Assembly: GCF_009914755.1 (NCBI RefSeq)
Contig: NC_060946.1
Source of the DNA: the human T2T-CHM13v2.0 reference genome, Homo sapiens
Length of the DNA stretch: 64,000 nt
Reading direction: 5' to 3' (one strand)
Each line of letters begins with the position of its first letter. Within the stretch, counting starts at the first letter, position 1. The position numbers and the translations under genes are program-made. This document shows, in pieces, positions 30,129-46,506 of the stretch. The notes under the pieces are model-generated. The model ran no database searches. It was not told where the DNA came from and worked only from the letters and a program-made list of their open reading frames with translations.

Positions 30129-30292
30129 TGGGGGGAGCGGGCAAGCATGGGGAGATGAGATGTGTATATGTGAGAGAGAGTGTGGGGGCCCCAGGCAGGG
30201 CAGGAGGTGGTGGAAACGGGGTGAACTCCGTGGGCTGTGTGAGGACTGTCCATAGAGGGTCCCAACCCCCTCCCTCTGCTGGAGTTTCCTAG
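29831..30292 (+). CDS. SMIM45: Second, de novo ORF in the SMIM45/LINC00634 last exon (MSMAACPEAP...); 153 aa in this allele, reported as 107 aa
   Basis: First ATG downstream of the 68-aa stop; N-terminal 97 aa fit the recalled de novo ORF (contains SGLELVRVCGGGMQRDKT); frame after the (AG)n tract depends on repeat length. Confidence 0.55.
30099..30126. repeat. (AG)14 microsatellite inside the de novo ORF
   Basis: Direct reading. Confidence 0.97.
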
Positions 30293-30530
30293 CCCTTCCC
30301 CCTCCCCAAGACTGTGGCAGCAGGCAGGAGCCCCTGCCCTCCCTCCCTGTCCTGTGCCACACTTCTGGGGCCAAACCCAGCCCCCTTGAGCCAGGCCCTG
30401 CCAGACTCCAAGCCCACCCTAGAACCCTCCTCCTGTGTGGAGACTCTGTTGCCCCACTTTGGACACAGATTGGCAACCTGCCTCACCCCGCCCCCCTTCG
30501 CTGGGGCTTCCATCTTAATTTATTCTCAAT

Positions 30531-30536
30531 AATAAA
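30531..30536 (+). terminator. SMIM45 polyadenylation signal AATAAA
   Basis: AATAAA 239 nt after the second ORF, with U-rich upstream and GU/U-containing downstream sequence. Confidence 0.8.
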
Positions 30537-30679
30537 GACTTCATGATGATCTCTGCAGGACCCTGTCTTTTCCTGAAATGAGGATCATGTCTGTCAACTC
30601 ACTGGGTCCTCATGAAAAATATGACAGCTCCATAGTCCCCATTTTAGGGATGGGAACACTAAATCTCAGGGAAGGTAGG

Positions 30680-30845
30680 CCAGGGCTTCCCAAGAGCTGC
30701 AGTACTGACATTTTGGACTCGATCACTCTTGGTTGTAGGGGGTTGTCCTGCCCATTGTAGGATGTTTAGCAACCCTGGTTTCTCCCCAGTAGATGCCAGT
30801 TGCAATTGCCCCCTCTCCTGTTAGGACAATCAAAAATGTTAACTG
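30680..30845. mobile_element. MER20-like hAT DNA transposon fragment
   Basis: actgacattttgg...gttgtcctgcccattgtaggatgtttagca...tagatgccagt...caaaaatgt. Confidence 0.65.
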
Positions 30846-31555
<710 letters not shown>

Positions 31556-32710
31556 TAGGGGTGTGAGGCTGGGATTAGAAGCTCAGTGCAGCCCCTGTTC
31601 ATCCAGAAAACTCTTTCCCAGCCATGGTCAGAGGCAGGACTGAAAAGGGCCCAGGCCAATCCAGTTAGGAGTGATCATTGCAAGGGACAGAAACTTGACT
31701 GTCCTAGCTTGGCCAAGACGGCCAGATACCATGAGGACACTGCGGTATTCTGTCCCTTTAGGACAGGAAAGTAGTGGGCTTAGGACAACTAGAGCCAGGC
31801 ATGCAGACCCCCTTAGGATTCTTTTTCTTGTTAGTCGCCACTCTCACACCCTCAGCATGGAAAACACAGCAGTCAGCTGCTGGCAATTTCTGTATCTCAC
31901 AGCTCCAGCCCCTGGAGCTACCAGTCCTTGCTCTGCCCCCAGTGCAAATATCTCTGGGGTGGGATTCGTTGCCTCATTTTAGGTCAAGTGTCCATGTTAA
32001 GCCAGTCACCCAAGGCTGGGGCAGTGTCCTGTGGGTGGTTCAGCGTGGGTCATCTCAGAACAAGGCAGATCCCTTGGGATGTAGGGAGAGGAAAAGGCAG
32101 GTTTCAGGAAAAATGATGTAAACTCCCCCATCCCCACCTCGACCACAACAGACTCTTTTGGAGGTAGATTAGGCTTGACTGGCTGAGCGAGGGAGGGCCT
32201 CCAGGCATGATCTGGCCTGCAGCCAAGTTTGATTTGTCCCACATAGTGTTTTGAAAAAATGCAAATTAGTTGCCAACATTCACCAGTCAGGAGATTTCAC
32301 ACTAGAATCTTTTTCTGACTCCTCCTTAAAAATAAAAATTCTAGCCACATAGAGTCTGAAGTGTAAATGTGTTCATGGTCACGAGCTTCACAGCCTGGGC
32401 AGGGAGGGTGCTGACTGTGACCCTGCCGGAGGCCTTAAGGTGGCCAGTCCTCCTCTCAGGAGGGCTGCCTCCATTCAACGGCTGTAGCAAGATTTCTCAT
32501 CCTAGGCTGCCATCAAAGGAAGGCTGAGAGATTCATCCAAGCCCTCTGCTCTTCAACCTGGATCCTTTCCCAGACTTCTCCCCTGGGCTCATTGCATAAA
32601 TGTTTATTTACACCTGTTCTTCCCCTAAAAGATTCAAGAAGGTTTCAGTTGAAGGAGCCACATAACATGGGTGTAAGGAGGAAATATTTTAATTCTGACT
32701 GCTACTGTAA

Positions 32711-35243
<2,533 letters not shown>

Positions 35244-36377
35244 TGACTATTAATCTGGGTTCTGGAGGTGGAATAAGAGTTTTCCCTGCAAAGGGAAAGA
35301 AGGCTGCAAGTGTTAAGCCATGGACTCTGGAGAGAACCTAGTCCTTTTTGAGGACTGTGAGTGGTGTGGCCAAAAGACAGAATGCAAGTGAGCCAGTGGC
35401 AGGAGGGCAGGCGGATTAAGCAACCAGAAAGTGGCTTTTCAAGGAAGGCTTAGACCCAGACTGAGAACCCGATGACCTTCCTATTACCACCTACTCGAGG
35501 AAGCCTTCCCTGGCCCCCCCAGCAGCTTTCCCCATTACAATGCTAATCTTGTGTTGCGATTTTGTTCACGTCAGTGGGGAGCAGTGACCACATCTTCTCA
35601 TCTTGGCTTGCAGCCTTACTGGCACTGGTCAGGGCCTCCTTAAAAGCTTGCTTGTTGCAAGAATGGGGCTAGTTTCTTTGGAAGTCCTGCCAGGAGTTGC
35701 CTGTTTGCTTAGAAACCAAGATTTCAGAAAGGCTTGGAGGTTTCCTGGGCATCAAGCTGTGTGCAGATTTTTAAAATGCTTTGAGAGGTTTTGCAGAGTC
35801 CTGGGAGCTTTCCCAACATCTGAGAGCTGTCAGGATGGGGAAGGGCAGGTGTGTCAGGGTTCGGCCCAGAACAGGAGGACAGGAGGCGGGAATGTACAGG
35901 GTCCCTGAGTAAGAATGGCTGCAATGTTCGGATTCCAGCCCTGGAGGGTGGCACAGGCTCCTCATTGTTCCGCCCCCTCAGTTCTTCACACTGGCTGAGA
36001 AGGAAGGGCTCGGGAAGGCTGAGAGACCAGCTTTGGGAGAAGGGCAAAGACTGCAGGCTCCCTCAAAAGACTATCACAGTCTCAGTCAACCACCCTTACA
36101 GAGAACCCCTGGCAGGCAGAGCTTTTTTCTCCCTCCCTCATAAGGTATGACGGGCTCAGTATTTGGAGCCTGGAGACCTAGGTGTCCAGCTACTGATTCA
36201 CTGTGTGAACCTTGGCAGGTCCATTTCCCTCTATTTCTGCAGCTGTAAACAGCTGGAACTGATGAGAAAGTCAGAGGAAATCATGGAAGATACATAAAAA
36301 AGGAAATCAGAGTGCCAAGGCAACAATTTGAATGGCTAACATGGACTGAGCTCATGGACTAGCAATTGCCCATTGCA

Positions 36378-36992
<615 letters not shown>

Positions 36993-37039
36993 CCCCATTG
37001 CATTCTTATGGCAACCATGCAAGTGGGTCCTCACTGCTG

Positions 37040-38040
<1,001 letters not shown>

Positions 38041-38880
38041 TCTCCATTTTACAGATGAGAGGGGAGCTCAGGGGGATTGACTTGTTTGAAAATCACATAG
38101 TTGTAACAAACCCAGGCTTGAAGGACTCCAGAGCCTATGACACTTGTCTGGGAGGCCACCACAATGGTTTTGTGGTTGAGTGGAGGCCTCTGTTCTCTGA
38201 GGCCACTTCCAGGCCTATGGATCTTTCCTTTGATGGGAAAGCACCATATGTATAGATAGGAGAGGGCCATTGTCACTTTGGGCCCCTAGAGGGCAGCTGA
38301 AACTTGGCCTGTAATTACTGGGCAGGAAGTGTCCTCTAAGCCTCTAAGCAGGGCAGATGGGCAGGAGGATGCGGAGATGAACATGACTCAGGCCTTGCTC
38401 TCAAGGCCCTAACAGCCTGGCAGGGAGCGAGATGGAGGAATTGTAGATCTTGAAGTAGAAGAGACCGACCACATGAGGGCATCTGATCCCTATTTTAAAA
38501 GGCAACTGAGTCCCAGAAGCACAAGTTAATCTGATAGACGTTGCCTGGTGAATCGTTGGCCAAAGTGGGGAGAGAACCCAGGGCCACTGATTTCAGCCCA
38601 AGGCTGCTTATCTCACAGAGATCATGTAATCCAATGGGGCTGGGCCCAGGAAAGTCTCCCTTGCTCCAATCCGTCCAGGCAGAGCTGTGCCTCTCCTTCC
38701 CAGCACCCTCTGTTCTTCCTTAAGTCAGGCCAGTTCTCAGGGCCTCAAAGCATGGAAGCGCCAGATAGCTGCCCTCCCCCATCCACTGGGATCCCAGCAC
38801 GTTGCCCTGGTAACCAGAGCCCAGCCAAGTTTGAGAACCTAAAGCTGTAAGGGGAGAGAAAGGATAAGAAGAGGGATAGG

Positions 38881-39945
38881 GGCTGGGCACGGTGGCTCAT
38901 GCCTGTAATCCCAGCACTTTGGGAGGCCGAGGCAGGCGGATCACAAGGACAGGAGATCAAGACCATCCTGGCTAACACTGCGAAACCCCATCTCTACTAA
39001 AAATACAAAAAATTTAGGTGGGCGTGGTGGCGGGTGCTTGTAGTCCCAGCTACTCGGGAGGCTGAGGCAGGAGAATGGTGTGATGGTGTGAACCCGAGAG
39101 GCGGAGCTTGCAGTGAGTCGAGATGGCGTCACTGCACTCCAGCCTGGGTGACAGAGCGAGACTCTGTCTCAAAAAAAAAAAAAAAAAAAGAAGAGGGATG
39201 GGTGCTAGGCCCACACAATCACCATTCAATCATTCATTCATTCATTATTTCTTTCTAAAGAAATTTACCGGTTGGGCACGGTGGCTCATGCATGTAATCT
39301 CAGCACTTTGGGAGGCTGAGGCAGATGCATTACTTGAGGTCAGAAGTTTGAGACCAGCCTGGCCAACATGGTGAAACCCCGTCTCTACTAAAAATACAAA
39401 AATTAGCCAGGCGTGGTGGCACACACCTGTAATCCCAGCTACTTGGGAGGCTGAGGCAGGAGAATCCTGAGGCTTGAACCCGGGAGGCGGAGTTGCAGTG
39501 AGCTGAGATCCCGCCACTGCAGTCCAGCCTGGGTGACAGAGTGAGACTCTCAAGAAAAAGAAACTTACTGAAGCCAATTTTTGCCAGACCCTGGGGCCCA
39601 GAGAAGAAGATCCAGGACCTTCATAACTGAGCTTTCCACCCAGGCATGGTGGCTCACGACCGTAATCCCAGCACTTTGGGAGGTGGAGGTAGGAGTATTG
39701 CTTGAGCTCAGAAGTTCGAGACCAGCCTGAGCTACATAGGGAGACCCCCGTCTCTACAAAAAATAAAAACTTAGCTGGGCGTGGTGGTGCATGCCTGTGG
39801 TCCCAGCTACTCTGGAGGCAGAAGTGGGAGGATCACTTGTGCCCAAGAGGCTGCAGTGAGCCATGATGGCGCCACTGTCTTCCAGCCTGGGCGACAGAGT
39901 GAAACCCTGTTCAAAAAAACTAATAACAACAACAGCAACAACAAA
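38881..39945 (+). mobile_element. Three Alus
   Basis: Alu consensus. Confidence 0.9.
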
Positions 39946-39949
39946 CGAA

Positions 39950-40125
39950 ACAGAGCTGAGCTAATATGGTAGCCACAGATTAAAATAAACTAAAAAATCC
40001 AGTTCCTTGGTCACTGTAGACACATTTTAAGTGATCGGTAGCCATCTGTGGCTAGTGGCTACTGTACTGGACAGCACAGACATAGAACATTTCCATTATC
40101 ACTGAAAGTTGTATTGCCCAGCGCA
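39950..40125. mobile_element. MER3-like hAT DNA transposon remnant
   Basis: aatatggtagccac...gtggctagtggctactgtactggacagcacagacatagaacatttccat. Confidence 0.65.
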
Positions 40126-41079
40126 GCTCCAGAAGCTCACTCGCTAAAGAGAGAGACACACAGGAGAGCAGACCAGACAACACAGTGTTGTGTGGGCTGC
40201 AATGTCCTCCTCGGTAAAAAGCAGGTGATGAGGCGGAGATTAAAGGAGATGCCAGGAGAATGCTTAGCCTAGTTCCTGACTCAGGGTGAGTGCTCGGAGG
40301 ACATCTGCCATCACCGTACAGGACAGTACTATAGGATCTGTTTACATACCTATCTTCCTAGCAGACTGTGAGCTCCGCCCAGCCCTGGCATGGTGCCGGG
40401 CACAGAGCAAGTGCTCAGGAAATAGTAGCTGTTATCAGCACCATTGTTATTATCACCACTGCTATGACAGAGGCAGCCGAGGGCTGTGGGAACACAGAAG
40501 AGGGCTCCCATCCCAGCCCCAGGGCCAGGGGCTGCTGAGAGTCGGCATTGCCAGAGCCAGGCTGGGTGGCTTTGTGGTCCCCTCAGGGGCAGGCCTAGGG
40601 CGGGGTCCTCTTCACACCCTTAGGGTCTGGGTACAGGGTCCAGCTGGAGCAAGCTGGGGCTCAGGGAATAGTTGTGGAAGGAGCTCTAGCCTCCAGGAAC
40701 TCCAGCCCCCTTGAGGAAAGACCAGGTGAGTGGGCAAGATGGTCTGAGGGTTGCAGAGCTGAACAGGGCATGAAGGGCACAGAGGCAGAGCCAGAGGGAG
40801 ACTCGCGCTGGGACTACCAGAGTGCAGCCATATTTGGAGTACCCCTGTTTTTACTGCAGACTCCCCAGGCATCAAAGTCTGTGGGAGACAGAGCAGATTT
40901 GGGGAGGGCAGGCTGCAGGGAACCTCCCTGCAGGTGGCCGTGAGTGCCAGCCTGGCCGTTACCAGCCTCCCATGGCTCTTCAGGATTCCAGAGGCTCAGA
41001 GCAGCCATTCACAGCCGCCCACTCCTAGGAAGCCAGCCCCTCCCTGCACCAGAGCCCAGCCCAGCACGGTCTCCGGGGA

Positions 41080-41285
41080 TGTAGCTGGTGGGACAGTGAG
41101 CAGAGGGCTGGGCCCTGTGCCTGGGGACTGTGGCCTGGAGGCTGAGCAGGAGCTGAGGAGGGGACCAGAGGGACAAGGCCCCTAAGCTGGCCACCATGGC
41201 CAGACTCTGAGTGCAGGGGAGGTGAGGGGCCTGCGTGTGCCTTATCTTCCCAGACACACTGGATCCTTCTTGTCCTCTGATCAAG
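41080..41285 (+). other. SEPTIN3: Probable non-coding first exon of the long SEPTIN3 isoform (5' end uncertain)
   Basis: Strong donor AAG|GTAGGT at 41285 followed by G-runs; the long coding exon starts at an acceptor (43082), so it needs an upstream exon. Confidence 0.5.
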
Positions 41286-43100
41286 GTAGGTGTGTAGGGG
41301 GGTGGAAGGGTGTGGGGGTTTGTGGGGGTGGGAGGGTGGTGGGGGTGGGGTGGGGAAGGACCAAGCAATCCATGGAAGATGGGAGTGCAGTGAGGGGATG
41401 GGGAGTCGGGTGATGCCCTCGGACACCCTGTCCTCTGGCCTGCTCTGTGTGTGGGTGTGCACACTGAGGGGAGCTGTTTGTGGCTAAGTGCAGGGTAAAC
41501 GTGTGTGCCCAAGTGGATGTGGCTGTGCAGGAGGGGGCAGAAGTTCAGGGCTGCAGTGATAGGCCAGGTGGGAAAGGGTTGGAGGCCAGGACAGTCTTGG
41601 ATACAAATATATGGCTGGAGAGGGATGAGGGGCTGGGGGCACCATTGTGAGGGGTGATGCCTTCCCTGTCCGGTGCCCTGCCTTCCCCGTCCCTGCTGCA
41701 GACCTCAAGGACCTGGCTACATGATCACTCCCCTCCCCATGAGCCCTCTGGAACTGACTCCTCCCACCAGCCCTGGCCTTGTCCCCCAGCTGCAGGTCCC
41801 AGCCTGCTGTGTTAAAAGCAACCAAACCAACTTTTTTCTAGAGGGTGAGTTACTTGGAGTCCAGAGTAGCAGGGAGTGGCCCATCTACTAAGACCACAGC
41901 CAGAGTCCTGAGCTTCATCCTCGACACCTCTTTGTGCCCACTCCCTACCCTGGGCAGTCCCGCCACTTCTACCCCTGTGCAATGCAGCCTCCTCCAGCCC
42001 CAGCCCTAGCTCTGCCCCTTGCACAGCCCACGGAGCAGAGAGTTTCAACTATGTCCTCATGGGATCCTGGCTTCAATTCTGTTCCCATCTGATCCCTCTG
42101 TCACACTGCCCGAGTGGCCGTTCCCACCTACAGATCGGAATGGGTCACATTCCCTGGCCTAAACTTTGCTGTAGCCTGGCCTGGACCCCAGCTCACCTGC
42201 AGCCTTGGCTCTCCCCTCCCTGCTACATACAGCCTAGGAGCCCCATGTTGGATTTTCAGAAAGATGCCACACTTTCTCACCTTTGGGCCTTCTGTAGGAA
42301 CAGCCCCAGCTCAGGTCTAGCCTCCCGCCTTTCTACCCCTAATGCTTAGCTTGGTGGAGCCCTGCCTACTTCCTTGCCTGGCATCCCTGGGCATGGCAGC
42401 CTCTTCAAGGGCGGGGACCATGGCTTGTTCACCAGATAAGCTCCTTCTGTGAACACTCACTGCCTCTCCATTTCCCATCCTCACCTTCTCCAGGGCTGGC
42501 TCTGTTTCTGACTCCAGCACTAGGCCAGCTCAGGGCTCTTTCTTGGTTCTGGGGCTCTAAGCCAAATTGGTCCTCTCTCATCCTGCCACCTGGACACCTG
42601 AGCTCCTATGTTGGCTGCTGTGGGTGGGAACCCACAGCCCTTTGGTTCTTTCTGGAAGAGAAAGGGAGAGACGTCTCCAGTAAGCACTGCCCTCCTCTGG
42701 AGTCCCTGAACATGTATGTGACCTCCATAGAGCTGTCCACAGAGACAGGGGCCACACTCAGGCCCAGGCAAAGGGAGACGTAAGCCCAGCCTGAGATGCC
42801 CCATGCTGGAGGCAGACTGCTCACTGGACGTGCCCACCCCACTGTGTGGTGGCTGGCCGGGGTGGGGTAGGTATGAGGTACAGATCAGTCTGCAGCAGGT
42901 AGGAGCCGTAGGAGGACAGGAGGAAGTTACATGCATCCTCCACTAAGGACTGGACAGTCCCCAGAACCAGGCCCCTTCAGACCCGGCATGCTCAGCTGCT
43001 GGTCAGGAAGGGGAGAGCTGAGACCTCCAGGCCTGAGCTCCTCACCCCTGCCTGGCCTCTTCTCTCTGTTGATTGCCTCAGGGAAAGACAAACGACCTGG

Positions 43101-44604
43101 ATGGACCACAACTTTGCTCCTGCTCCTCCAGAGATGCAGTCGCATGGAGCTCCAGGCCCGGGAACCTCCTTCTCCCATAGCCATGTGCTGGGGCGCCCTA
43201 TCCGCCCCTCGAGACTCCCTGGAGGAGGGTCCCCCCTCACCCCCGTCCTCAGGAAGACCATCCATCTGGATACCTTCCCCCAAAGCCATATCCCACAGAC
43301 CTCCAGCCGGCTGGGCCTTGGAGCCAGGACCCGGAGTGTGCCCCCACAGGAGACGGGCATCGCTCTGGGGGCTTCCTTGAGCCCCCTGCCCACCAGCAGC
43401 CTTGTACCCAGGAAGCTCAGCTCCATCTCCTTGACTCTCCATCAGAACAGCCAGGCACGGTCCCTGGATCGCCCACTTTCTCACTGGGAAGAGTTGCCTA
43501 CCCCAGGAAAGAAGGCTGCTCCCCATGAAGGAGGGAGGGTGTCCTCGCCAGGCTCGCCACCTGTGACCCTAGTGCCAGGGGGCAGGGTCCACTCTGAGGG
43601 CCCAGGGAACCCAGGTCTGACCAAATCCAACAGGATGCTTGCCACGGAGAAGCCCCTGGTGAGTTCCTACCTAGCCTTACCTTTCCAATCCCGGTTAGCC
43701 CAGAGTGCACCAGTCCTTGCAGAGCCAGGCTCGTTGGGCCAGGGGCACCTTGTCTCAGTGACTGACCACATGCCTACCAGAGCTTCTCCAGGAAAAGGCA
43801 AGCCCCGGGCCAGGGGGATCCCCAGACCCCGGGGGCGTCTCCAAAGGGCCAACACGACTGTGAATTTGACTGCTATGGACACAAGGACAGACGCAGCCAG
43901 ACATTTAGCCACAATGGCCACCAACAGACCTAGCTTGGCTATCAATTTAGCCACACCAAACACATCCCAACTGGACACAGGCACAGAGTTCCCTGCCCTG
44001 GATATCAAGCTGGGCACAGCCAGAGACTTGTCTTCGGTAGGGACAGTCAAGTCAGGCAAAACCGTGAACTTGGCTACAGCAGGCACAATCAAGCCGGGCA
44101 CAGCCATGAATCTGACTACAGTTGGGACAACCAAGCCAGGGATGGTCATGGATTTGATAGCCTCAGAACCAGACAAGCTGGGCAAAGCCATGGCTACAAG
44201 AAGCACAGCCAAACCAGATATGACCACAGAGGGTATAGCCATGGATTCAGCAACATCAGACCCAGTCAAGCCGGACACAATCACAGCTACAGTGGGCACC
44301 AGTAGGTTGGAAACAGCCATGGCTTTGGCCAGAGTGAACAGAGCCAAGCTGGGCACGGCTAAGAATTCTCTTGCTTTGGACACAAGCAGGATGGGCACAG
44401 CTGTGGGTTCAGTTGTGCCAGTAACCCCAGACCCAGCCACTGGGAAGACCACACTGGGCAGTGTTAATAACCTAACCATATCAGACGTTGCTACATGCCT
44501 GCTAATGCCAAGCAGATCCACAGACCTAGCCCTGGACAACACTAATGCTGCCATGGACAGAGCCACAGAGCCTGCCTCACTGGACCTGGCCACAGAATAC
44601 AAAG
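43101..44604 (+). CDS. SEPTIN3: SEPTIN3 long-isoform N-terminal exon (501 aa, Pro/Ser/Thr-rich, low complexity)
   Basis: Acceptor TTGCCTCAG| (exon from 43082), ATG 43101, 1.5-kb non-transposon ORF, donor AAAG|GTAAAT in phase 1 matching exon 53254 (EYKG|LPETR). Confidence 0.85.
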
Positions 44605-44834
44605 GTAAATGCAGAAACTTGGTTGGGGATGGACTAGGCTGCCGGGAGGGGGAGGTGTGTGAGCTTGGAGATGGATCATGCTTGCATGGGTTGAGAAACG
44701 GAGGAAGGACTCTAAGGTCAGGGTTGAATGGGTTGGGAGAAAAGGAAATGGGGGTTGTAGGGCCAGACATAGGGACTGTACCCTGAGCTGGGTTCTAACC
44801 TGCCAGTCTGAGGTCAGGCTGAGGGAAACTATCA

Positions 44835-46506
<1,672 letters not shown>

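Noticed and set aside
43667-44770. 367-aa antisense ORF
   Set aside because: Codon-registered mirror of the SEPTIN3 long exon; no independent promoter or splice evidence
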